A stretch of 64,000 bases of DNA from Capsulimonadaceae bacterium. Lineage in GTDB: Bacteria; Armatimonadota; Armatimonadia; Armatimonadales; Capsulimonadaceae. A program made the translations under genes and the position numbers. The number at the start of each line of letters is the position of its first letter. The first letter of the stretch is position 1. Positions 29,974 through 38,468 of the stretch are shown one piece after another. Below the pieces are notes generated by a model, which saw only the letters and a list, made by a program, of their open reading frames with translations, searched no databases and had not been told where the DNA came from. The stretch lies in assembly GCA_965215505.1 (NCBI GenBank), contig OZ244065.1:1792001-1856000 (forward strand), given 5' to 3'.

Positions 29974-30498
29974 ATGACTACCCGAGTGACCAACCGAGAC
30001 ATGGCCGCCACGCTGTTCAATATCGCCACCCTGCTGCGCGACCGCTCGGACAGCCCGTACCGGATTCGCGCTTACGAGCGCGGTGCGCGCGCCCTCCTGG
30101 CCCGCCGCGACCAGATTGCCGACGCTTTGCGCGAGGCCGACAAGACCCTGCCGCACCGCAAGGGGGTTTTGGGTGAGCGCATCCAGCGCCGCCTGAAGGA
30201 GCTGGCCGAGACGGGCCGCGTGGAGACGCTGGACTCCCTCTGCGCCGACCTGCCCCGGCATATCGGGGCCTTGATGGAGGCCCCCGGCGTCGGCCCGCGC
30301 CTGGCCGAGCGGCTGCACGAGAGCCTGGGGGTGGAGACGGCGGACGACTTGGCCCGCGCCGCCCGCTCGGGCCGCGCCCGCCAGGTGTGGGGCGTCGGCC
30401 CCAAGCGCGAGGCGCAGTGGTCTCAGCCGTCCCTGTTCGGGGAAGGGGAGCTGTTCCCGGACGTCGCCGAAGAGACGAAGCGGCGGATGGCGGCCTAA
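29974..30498 (+). CDS. Stand-alone PolX N-terminal helix-hairpin-helix protein (no polymerase palm or PHP domain)
   Basis: TNRDMA..L..IA.LL....PYRIRAYERGA, ELAETG, PGVGPR.A..L...LGVET.DDL..A, GVGPK.E. Confidence 0.85.
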   Translation: MTTRVTNRDMAATLFNIATLLRDRSDSPYRIRAYERGARALLARRDQIADALREADKTLPHRKGVLGERIQRRLKELAETGRVETLDSLCADLPRHIGALMEAPGVGPRLAERLHESLGVETADDLARAARSGRARQVWGVGPKREAQWSQPSLFGEGELFPDVAEETKRRMAA

Positions 30499-30502
30499 CC
30501 TC

Positions 30503-31819
30503 ATGCAAGAAGAAATCGAACTCGACCTCTTCGCCGCCGCCCTGGATACCGGAGCGGCGGACGACGCCGACGGCCCGGACGGCGACGAGCCGCCGGATTG
30601 GCTGGAGGCGGTCGCCGCTGATTATGCCCTGCCGTTCACACTCCCTACCCTGCCGCTCGCCCCGCGCCCGTACCAGAAGGATGCCCTGACGGCATGGGGT
30701 CGGGCATTGGGGCGGGGCGTGGTGGTCTTGCCGACGGGGGCGGGAAAAACGGTCGTCGCCCTGATGACCATGGAGGCGATGCAGGTGACGACTCTCGTTG
30801 TCGTCCCGACGATTGACCTCATGCACCAGTGGCACGACGGGATCAAAGAGAAGTTCGGGCTGGACGAGACGCAGGTCGGCATGGTCGGCGGCGGGTTCAA
30901 GAACGCCCGGCCCGTGACGGTCATCACTTACGACTCGGCGGCCATGCCTAAGCGGGACCTGTCCGACTACGGGCTGCTGATCTTCGATGAAGCCCACCAC
31001 CTGCCCTCGGCCTCCTACCGGACCATCGCGACGCGCGCCGATGCGCCATTCCGTTTGGGGCTGTCGGCGACATTAGAGCGGTCCGACGGGCGGCATGACG
31101 ACATCGCGCGGCTTGTCGGCCCGACGGTCTTTGAACGGCAGCCGCAGACGCTGGCCCGCGACAAGCACATCGCGGACTACAAAGTCGAGCGCGTGTCCAT
31201 TGACCTCACCGACGACGAGCAGGCGCGCTACGACCAGCTCACGTCCGAGTTCTCCTGGTACATGGCTTCCAACCGGACCAAGCTGATGATGACCGGGGCG
31301 GCGAACCTGTTTGAAGCCCTGATCCGCAGCGCGGGTTATGACCCCGCCGCCCGTCAGGCCCTGCGATCCCACCGGGAAGCGCGGATGCTGGCGATGAACG
31401 CCGAGCGCAAGATCCAGGCCGTCGAGGCGCTGCTGACGCGGCACCGGGATGACAAAGTGATCGTGTTCTCCGAGTGGAACGTCATCGTCAATGACCTGTC
31501 CCGCCGCCTCTGCCTGCCCGCGATCACCTACCGCACCCACGCCGACGAGCGGCGCGATATCTTAGACAAGTTCCGGGCGCAGAAGTATTCCAAGCTGGTC
31601 ACGGGCCGCGTCTTGAACGAAGGCGTGGACGTGCCCGACGCCAATGTCGCCATCGTCGTCTCCGGGTCGTCCACGACGCGCGAGTATATCCAGCGGCTGG
31701 GGAGGGTCCTGCGGCCGAAGCCGGGCCACGCGCACCTGTATGAGCTGGTGTCGCGCGGAACGAGCGAGGTCAAGACGGCCCGCAAGCGCAAGCCGGTGGA
31801 GAAGGCCGAGACAACTTAG
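30503..31819 (+). CDS. XPB/Rad25-like superfamily 2 DNA helicase
   Basis: RPYQ, LPTGAGKT, DEAHH, LGLSAT.ER.DG, LNEGVDVPDA, EYIQRLGRVLR. Confidence 0.92.
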   Translation: MQEEIELDLFAAALDTGAADDADGPDGDEPPDWLEAVAADYALPFTLPTLPLAPRPYQKDALTAWGRALGRGVVVLPTGAGKTVVALMTMEAMQVTTLVVVPTIDLMHQWHDGIKEKFGLDETQVGMVGGGFKNARPVTVITYDSAAMPKRDLSDYGLLIFDEAHHLPSASYRTIATRADAPFRLGLSATLERSDGRHDDIARLVGPTVFERQPQTLARDKHIADYKVERVSIDLTDDEQARYDQLTSEFSWYMASNRTKLMMTGAANLFEALIRSAGYDPAARQALRSHREARMLAMNAERKIQAVEALLTRHRDDKVIVFSEWNVIVNDLSRRLCLPAITYRTHADERRDILDKFRAQKYSKLVTGRVLNEGVDVPDANVAIVVSGSSTTREYIQRLGRVLRPKPGHAHLYELVSRGTSEVKTARKRKPVEKAETT

Positions 31820-31887
31820 GGGCGCGATTTATCGTGCCCTTTCTTCGGACGAAAGCATTCAGAGGGCGCGGCAAGCAGCGCCCCTAC
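31817..31887. repeat. GTAG-tagged REP doublet; family copies also near 6597, 9824, 25045/25124, 32839, 33547, 40327, 53766/53838
   Basis: (G)TAGGGGCG...CGCCC hairpins, often in inverted pairs. Confidence 0.8.
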
Positions 31888-31934
31888 AAGATGGCCCGCG
31901 TTCGACCACAAGTATCCCAGGAGCATCACACACC

Positions 31935-33428
31935 ATGGCCTTCCGCCAAGAGGATTTCAAGAAAACCAGCCGCAAAGGGACCGGGGACGCGCCCGCGTCC
32001 GTCTACCCGCACCAACTCAAGGACAAGAAGACGGTCGCGCGGCTGGAGATCGCCATCCGCACCTTCGACGGCGCGGTGGGAAAACGGCGGAAAGACATGG
32101 ACGCGCAGGCGATGACCGACTTCTTCGGCGACCCGCGCCTAGCGCGCGGCATCGTCGCCTGCTTGGGCCAGTTCTACCGCTACGAGACGCTGGACTTCAC
32201 CCAGGCCGTCGGGCGAGAGGCGGCGGGCCGCCTGCGGGCGGCGGGTCTGAACCGGCCCGTGGAGGTTCGCGCGGACACTTACGCCTGGGTTAATGAACAC
32301 GCGGGCGGCTTCCTCACCGAAGCGGGCCGGGCGGAGGCATATGAGCAGCTAGGCGCGCGCTTCTGTCTGTCCGCCCATCAGTGGGACACCTTGCTGCACG
32401 GGGACGCCGAGGACAATCAGGTCCTCGCCCGGCTGGGTGCCGTTCCTACGCCCGGCGACATCATCGCCCTGTACAACTTTCACTCGCTGGACACCGTCCT
32501 GCGCCGGGCCACGGCGGTCGCGCTGCATGGCCTGGCCCTGCCCGCCGGGGAGGCGGGCGACGTGCGCGCGCTGGCGAAATCGCTCGGGGCGCGCGCCGTC
32601 GTGTCCGGCGACGGCGGGACGGTGACGCTCGCCGAGGCCCCCTCCGAGGACGCCTCGGGCGCGGCTTCGCTGTTCCCCCGGCGGGCGGGCCGCCTGGCCC
32701 GGCTGGTCCTGCACCTGACCGCTGCCTACGCCACGCGGGCGACGACCGGCTGGGTGGACGCCAAGATCGGCGCGCGCTGCTTCCGTTTAGCTCTAGGGAC
32801 GGACGCCCTGCGCGCCCTGGGGATGCGTCCCGAACCCCGTAGGGGCGAACCTTGTGTTCGCCCTTCCCCCGCCTTCAAGCGGCGGTTTGAGGCGGGGCTT
32901 GCGCTCCACAAGGACCTCTTGAAGCGGCGGGCGAAGGGGGAGGCGAACGGCTGGCGCATCAAGCGGCTGCCTGACGCCTTGGTGACGGCGACGGGCGTCC
33001 TGCTGCCGGATTTCCTGCTGACGCGGGGCGGCAAGGCAGCCTGCCTGCTGCTCGGGGCGGACGCGCCCGGTACAGTGGCCGAGGAGACGGCGACCGTACT
33101 GACGTTCCCGCTGGGCCGCAAGCCTCTGGACGCCTGCGACGTGCTGGCGCGGGTGGAGGCGGCGACGAACAGCCTGTTCGCTCTGGCCCCCGCTGCCCCC
33201 CCCGCCGTCCCCGCCGACGTGCGCGCGCTCTGTGACCGTGCCGCCCGCGAGGGGCTGGTGCGCGCCGCCGACGCCCGCCGGACCCTGCACCTCCTGGACG
33301 AGTCCCCGCTGATCGCCTGGGTGCGTCAGTGCGAGGACCCGCGCGTCCGGTATGTGCCGGGCGTCGGCCTGTGTTCGCGCGAGATGGTGGCAGCAATTCA
33401 GGGGGATGGGCAATTGGCACTGGCGTGA
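31935..33428 (+). CDS. DUF790 / Bax1-like protein
   Basis: DPRLARG, LHGDAEDNQVL, IIALYN...DTVL..A, GW.I.R.P..L.....V.LPDF; located directly downstream of the XPB-like helicase. Confidence 0.75.
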   Translation: MAFRQEDFKKTSRKGTGDAPASVYPHQLKDKKTVARLEIAIRTFDGAVGKRRKDMDAQAMTDFFGDPRLARGIVACLGQFYRYETLDFTQAVGREAAGRLRAAGLNRPVEVRADTYAWVNEHAGGFLTEAGRAEAYEQLGARFCLSAHQWDTLLHGDAEDNQVLARLGAVPTPGDIIALYNFHSLDTVLRRATAVALHGLALPAGEAGDVRALAKSLGARAVVSGDGGTVTLAEAPSEDASGAASLFPRRAGRLARLVLHLTAAYATRATTGWVDAKIGARCFRLALGTDALRALGMRPEPRRGEPCVRPSPAFKRRFEAGLALHKDLLKRRAKGEANGWRIKRLPDALVTATGVLLPDFLLTRGGKAACLLLGADAPGTVAEETATVLTFPLGRKPLDACDVLARVEAATNSLFALAPAAPPAVPADVRALCDRAAREGLVRAADARRTLHLLDESPLIAWVRQCEDPRVRYVPGVGLCSREMVAAIQGDGQLALA

Positions 33429-33628
33429 AGAACGCCCCGGCCCTGAAGGGCCGGGCGACTGTAGATGTGAGAGTCGCTCCGCGACTGAGGATTGGGAACT
33501 TAGGGACGCGATCCGTCGCGCCCTCTCAGGGCCGGGCTCCCTTCCTGTAGGGGCGCTGCTTGCTGCGCCCTCCTCCCTCATTTCCCCAAGTTCCCTGATC
33601 CCTTCCCTGGCATGATCTATGCACTAAT

Positions 33629-34539
33629 AGACCTCTTGCGTAAGTCGGGTATCCTGCGTGTATGTTTTACGCCGATGCCCGTTTGTTGAAGCCGCCCGTG
33701 TTCAAGCGACTGACCGGCGTCCCGCCGGACACGTTCCAAGCCATGAGGGCGGCCCTCGCTGAGCATCTGCCCACCGGCGGACGCCGGGCCAGGCACTGCC
33801 GGGCCAGGCACTGCCGGGCCAGGCACTGCCGGGCCAGGCACTGCCGGGAAGACCGGCTCCTGATGACCTTGATGTACTGGCGCGAGTACCGCACTTACGC
33901 CCATATCGCCCACACCTACGGCCTGAGCGAGTCCGCCGTCTGCCGCACCGTCCACGCCGTCGAGAACGCCCTGCTCCGCTCCGGCGCGTTCACCCTGCCC
34001 GGCAGGAAAGCCCTGACCCGGAGCGACATCCAGTTCGAGGTCGTCGTCGTGGATGCCACCGAGTGCCCGGTGGAGCGTCCGAAAAAAAGCAGAGACGCTC
34101 CTACAGCGGCAAGAAGGAGCGGCACACTCAGAAAGCGCAGGTCGTCGCGGACCCGAGGACCGGGCGCATCCTAGCCACGGCGTTCAGCGCGGGCAGGCTG
34201 CACGACTTCAAGCTGTTCCCGCGCAGCCGCGTGGCGCTCCACCGGAAGACCGCGTGCCTGGCAGACAGCGGCTATCTGGGGCTGAAGAAGCGCCACGCCA
34301 ACAGCCGCCTGCCGGCCAAGAAGAGCAAACTGCACCCGCTGACGCGGGAGCAGAAGCGAGACAACCGGCAACTCTCGCGGGAACGGTTCGTGATCGAGCA
34401 TATCATCCGCAGCGTCAAGATCTTCCGCATCCTGGCGGAGCGCTACCGTAACCGGCGCAAGCGCTTTGGCCTGCGCTTCAACCTGATTGCCGCCCTCTAC
34501 AACCTGGGGCGGCCGACCTGAGACTTACGCAAGAGGTCT
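33629..34539 (+). mobile_element. IS5-family insertion sequence (ISL2/IS702-like), ~911 bp
   Basis: Perfect 18-bp terminal inverted repeats agacctcttgcgtaagtc / gacttacgcaagaggtct, flanked by AAT on both sides. Confidence 0.9.
33662..34521 (+). CDS. IS5-family transposase split by a -1 frameshift at an A7 run (34082-34088)
   Basis: ORF1 HTH (FKRLTGV, LLMTLMYWREY) and VVDATE..ERPKK; ORF2 YSGKK.RHT.K.Q, HDF, ADSGY.G, R..IEH. Confidence 0.88.
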
Positions 34540-34639
34540 AATGTATCTTACGGCGTTCCAGTCCGCTTCCGCCATAAGCATTCGGCTGCTCTGACACGCC
34601 TTTGCTCTGCGCCTCACGTTTCATTGGCCCACTCCGGCC

Positions 34640-34951
34640 TTGGAAAATGACGGCGTGATCACAGAGTATGCACACAATTCCGCCACCGGCACTTTCGGGG
34701 CGGGCACCACCTTCGCCAGCGGCCTGAACCAGCCGCTCGACCTGAAGACGGACGCGCTGGGGGACCTGTTCGTCGAGAACTACAACGTCGGCGCTATCAC
34801 CAAGTTCACCTTCAACTCAACCACGGGCGTGTTCGGCCCGTCCGACTCCGCGCCCGTGCCGGAAGCCTCGCAGGCGGTCAGCCTTGGCCTGTTGCTGGCC
34901 TTGGGGATGGGCGGAGTGGCCGTGGCGAGGAAGAAGCGACGGAAGGCGTAG
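34640..34951 (+). pseudogene. C-terminal fragment of a PEP-CTERM protein (NHL-like repeat remnant)
   Basis: FASGLNQP..L..D..GDLFV, then VPEAS + TM + RKKRRKA; no signal peptide or RBS; lies just downstream of the IS. Confidence 0.6.
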
Positions 34952-34976
34952 GTCCCCTCCCTCGGCAAAGAAAAAT

Positions 34977-34996
34977 CCCGGCCCGAAAGGGCCGGG
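34977..34996 (-). terminator. Intrinsic terminator between convergent genes
   Basis: cccggccc-gaaa-gggccggg hairpin, followed by a T-rich run on the minus strand. Confidence 0.65.
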
Positions 34997-35011
34997 CTTA
35001 TTGGGTCAGGC

Positions 35012-38000
35012 TCAGTCCGCCAGGGCGACGGCGTTCTGGGCTGCGAAGGGACCGTAGCCGGGCGTCGAGGCGATGGAGCCATCGCTATTAATCTTCCAGA
35101 CCGACATGACGCCGGTGGTGTGCGTCCAGAGGGCGCGCGCCTTGTTGTCGGGGCCGACGGCCAGTCCGGTGCAGGTCCAGCCCTGCCCAGGGTCGTAGCC
35201 CGGCGTCGAGGCGAACGAGCCGTCCGCGTTGATGGTCCAGACCGACATCGCGCCGCTCGCGTTCACCCACAGGGCGCGCGCCTTGTTGTCGGGGCCGACG
35301 GCCAGTCCGGTACAGGTCCAGCCCTGCCCAGGGTCGTAGCCCGGCGTCGAGGCGAACGAGCCGTCCGCGTTGATGGTCCAGACCGACATCGCGCCGCTCG
35401 CGTTCACCCACAGGGCGCGCGCCTTGTTGTCGGGGCCGACGGCCAGTCCGGTGCAGGTCCAGCCCTGCCCAGGGTCGTAGCCCGGCGTCGAGGCGAACGA
35501 GCCGTCCGCGTTGATGGTCCAGACCGACATCGCGCCGCTCGCGTTCACCCACAGGGCGCGCGTCTTGCCGTCCGGGCCGACGGCCAGTCCGGTGCAGGTC
35601 CAGCCCTGCCCAGGGTCGTAGCCCGGCGTCGAGGCGAACGAGCCGTCCGCGTTCACGGTCCAGACCGACATGAAGCCATCGGGCCGCGTCCACAGGACGC
35701 GCTCCTTGTTGTCGGGGCCGATGGCGACCGCACCGGCCGTCCAGCCCGAGATCGGGCCGAAGTCGCGGGCCGTGTCGAGCGGGTCAGCATCGCCCAGCCC
35801 CCAGAGGGAGGCCAGGCCGTCGCCCCAGGACCAGAGGGCGCGCGTCCGACCGTCCGGGCCGACCGCGATGGCGCGGGCGGTGCGGGCGACCGCCTGCTGG
35901 CCGGCGACGTTGTAGCCGGGGGTGGAGGCGATGGTACCGTCGGCGCTCACGGTCCAGACGGACATCGTGCCGTCGCCGCACGCCCACAGGACGCGGTCCT
36001 TACCGTCCGCGGCAACGGCGAGGGACTTGGCGGTCCATCCGGCGATGGGGCCGTAGACGTGGCAGGAGGCGGCGGGGTCCGCGTCGGCGAGGTCCCACAG
36101 GGAGGCGCATCCGCCCGCCGCCGTCCACAGGACGCGGGCGGAGTTGTCCGGGCCGACGGTGACCGACTTGGCGGCCCATCCGGGGAACGGCCCGTAGCCG
36201 GGGGTGGAAGTGAATGAGCCGTCTGCGGCGACAGTCCAGACGGACATGACGCCGCTGGTGTGCGTCCACAGGAGGCGGACGCTGCCGTCCGCGCCGACGG
36301 CGAGGGACTTGGCGGTCCATCCGGCGATGGGGCCGTAGACGTGGCAGGAGGCGGCGGGGTCCGCGTCGGCGAGGTCCCACAGGGAGGCGCATCCGCCCGC
36401 CGCCGTCCACAGGACATGGGCGGCCCCGTCGGGTCCGGCCGCGACGCCGGTGGCGATCCATCCGGGGTACGGGCCGTAGTCGGGGGAAGCGGTATGGCCA
36501 CCCGAGGCGTCCACGGTCCAGACGGACATCCTGCCGTCGGTGTGGTCCCAGAGCAGGAACACGGAGCCGTTCGGCCCGTCCGCGACCGACCGGGCGGTCA
36601 TTCCGGGGACCGGGGCGAAGGTATGAGCGGCGGCGGCGGGATCAGCGGCGGCGAGGTTCCAGAGCGAGACCGAGCCGTCCACGCCGCGCCACAGGACGTG
36701 CGTCTGGGCCGGCGCGGTGTCGGGCGTGGTCGTGGGCACCGTCTGCGTAATGCCCGTCGTGCCTGAACCTGGTGTCGTGCCTGAACCTGGTGTCGTGCCT
36801 GAACCTGGTGTCGTGCCTGAACCTGGTGTCGTGTTCGTCCCTGTAGTCGTCCCCGGATCGGTGGTCGTCGTGCCGGTCGTCGTGCTGGGCGGCGTGCTGG
36901 GCGGCGTGACAGGCGTTGTTGGAGGGACGGGCGGCGTCGGAGGGACGGGCGGCGTCGGAGCGGGCGGGGCGAGGGCGAAGAGAGCGCCGGTGTCATTCAC
37001 GCCGCCGTCGTAGGCCGTCCCATACCACAGGCCGTTCGGTGCGGCCGTCAGGCCCGCGCTGGGGCTGCCGCCGTCGGCCCCCCCGGTGAAACTGTACAGG
37101 GTGGTGAAGCCCGTGCCGTCGGTGTTGAGCGCGAACGCGGTGCCGTAATCGTCCGTGCCGCCGCTAAACGTGGTGCCGTAGAGCATGCCGTCCGTACCGA
37201 GCGCGACCGGGGCATAGGGTGCGCCGCCGTCCGCGCCGCCCGTGAAGGTGTAGAGCGTCACAAAGCCGGTGCCGTCCGGCCGGACTTTGAAGACGGTGCC
37301 GTATTCGGCGGAAAAGGGCGCGTCGCTGGTGGTCCCGTAGAGGAAGCCGTCACCGCCGTCCGTCAGCCCCGCCTGCGGGCAGCCGCCGTCGGCGGCCCCG
37401 GTGAAGCTGTAAAGGACGGCGTATCCCGTCCCGTCGGTGTGGAGGGTGAAGACGCTCCCCGCCGCATTGGCCCCGCCCGCCTCGGTCGTACCGTAGAGGA
37501 CGCCGCCCGCGCCGACCAGGAGCGGCGCGGCGGGCATGTCGCCGGTGGTGAAGGGGTACAGGTCGGCGAACCCGGTGCCGTCCGGCTTGACCTTGAAGAT
37601 CATTCCGAGTCCGGTGCCGCCGCCGCTGGCGGTCCCGTAGAGGAAGCCGTCGCCGCCGTCCACCAGCCCCGCCTGCGGGTATCCGTGGCTGTAGTAGTTG
37701 TTGGAGAAGGCGTACAGGACGACGAACCCCGTCCCGTCGGTGTTGACACGCCAGGCGGTCCCGCCGCCGTTCGGCCCGTCGCTGCTGGCCGTGCCGTAGA
37801 GGGTGTTCCCTTCCAGCAGCAGCGTCCCCGCCGGCGCGGAGCCGTCGGCGGTGAGGCTGAAGGTGTGCAGGGCGGTGAACCCGGTGCCATTGGGGCGGAC
37901 CTTGAAGACGGTCCCCGCGCCCGAAGCGCCACCCGCCGTCGTGGTCCCGTATAGGAAGCCGTCGGGGCCGAGCGTCAGGGCGGCGGACGGGCCGCCCCCG

Positions 38001-38227
38001 TCGGGGCTATCATCCAGGGAGTCGGCCTGGCTGAAGGCGTACACGGGCGCCTGGGTGAGTGCCGGGGCGGAGGCCACACCCGTCCGGGCGAGGCCCAGCG
38101 TCATGCCCACTGTCATGCTCAGGGAGACGCCGAGCGTCAGCAGCAGCGACGGGAACGCCCCGGCTCGGCCCTTCAGAGGCCGGGCCTTCAGGGGACGGGA
38201 GGCGCGCGGGTTATCGAATGGGTTCAT
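35012..38227 (-). CDS. Large secreted repeat protein (GloVer-like choice-of-anchor tandem repeats, Thr/Pro linker, C-terminal ~47-aa beta repeats)
   Basis: Signal peptide; ~6x DG.LYGTT..GG....GTVF....DGTGF..LY.F; PGSGTT repeats; repeated LW...G.MSVW....DG....TPGY. Confidence 0.85.
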   Translation of the reverse strand: MNPFDNPRASRPLKARPLKGRAGAFPSLLLTLGVSLSMTVGMTLGLARTGVASAPALTQAPVYAFSQADSLDDSPDGGGPSAALTLGPDGFLYGTTTAGGASGAGTVFKVRPNGTGFTALHTFSLTADGSAPAGTLLLEGNTLYGTASSDGPNGGGTAWRVNTDGTGFVVLYAFSNNYYSHGYPQAGLVDGGDGFLYGTASGGGTGLGMIFKVKPDGTGFADLYPFTTGDMPAAPLLVGAGGVLYGTTEAGGANAAGSVFTLHTDGTGYAVLYSFTGAADGGCPQAGLTDGGDGFLYGTTSDAPFSAEYGTVFKVRPDGTGFVTLYTFTGGADGGAPYAPVALGTDGMLYGTTFSGGTDDYGTAFALNTDGTGFTTLYSFTGGADGGSPSAGLTAAPNGLWYGTAYDGGVNDTGALFALAPPAPTPPVPPTPPVPPTTPVTPPSTPPSTTTGTTTTDPGTTTGTNTTPGSGTTPGSGTTPGSGTTPGSGTTGITQTVPTTTPDTAPAQTHVLWRGVDGSVSLWNLAAADPAAAAHTFAPVPGMTARSVADGPNGSVFLLWDHTDGRMSVWTVDASGGHTASPDYGPYPGWIATGVAAGPDGAAHVLWTAAGGCASLWDLADADPAASCHVYGPIAGWTAKSLAVGADGSVRLLWTHTSGVMSVWTVAADGSFTSTPGYGPFPGWAAKSVTVGPDNSARVLWTAAGGCASLWDLADADPAASCHVYGPIAGWTAKSLAVAADGKDRVLWACGDGTMSVWTVSADGTIASTPGYNVAGQQAVARTARAIAVGPDGRTRALWSWGDGLASLWGLGDADPLDTARDFGPISGWTAGAVAIGPDNKERVLWTRPDGFMSVWTVNADGSFASTPGYDPGQGWTCTGLAVGPDGKTRALWVNASGAMSVWTINADGSFASTPGYDPGQGWTCTGLAVGPDNKARALWVNASGAMSVWTINADGSFASTPGYDPGQGWTCTGLAVGPDNKARALWVNASGAMSVWTINADGSFASTPGYDPGQGWTCTGLAVGPDNKARALWTHTTGVMSVWKINSDGSIASTPGYGPFAAQNAVALAD
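35125..35690. repeat. Four near-identical 141-bp intragenic tandem repeats
   Basis: ccagtccgg anchor at 35161, 35302, 35443, 35584. Confidence 0.92.
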
Positions 38228-38468
38228 AGTGTCCTTCTGGGAGCCGCCGGCGCGGGCCGGGCGGAGGGTCTTGCGAACAGGTATTGCGAACGGGCATTGC
38301 CTGGAGGGGGCCTCGTCGCCTGTCTTCCTTGTCGGCAAAACGCGGCACAAAAAAAGGGGCGCGCGCCTGCGTGCCCCCCTTTGGGGCATATTCCGGCACT
38401 GTTGCGGGGTGTCAGGCTGGTAGTGCTGCGGGGGCGTTCAGGAACCCAGTACTGCCTGATACCAGGGC

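Noticed and set aside
29974-30498. Functional DNA polymerase X
   Set aside because: Catalytic palm, thumb and PHP domains are absent.
35125-35690. CRISPR array or DGR template/variable repeat
   Set aside because: Contiguous in-frame coding repeats with no spacers, no adenine-specific variation and no reverse transcriptase.
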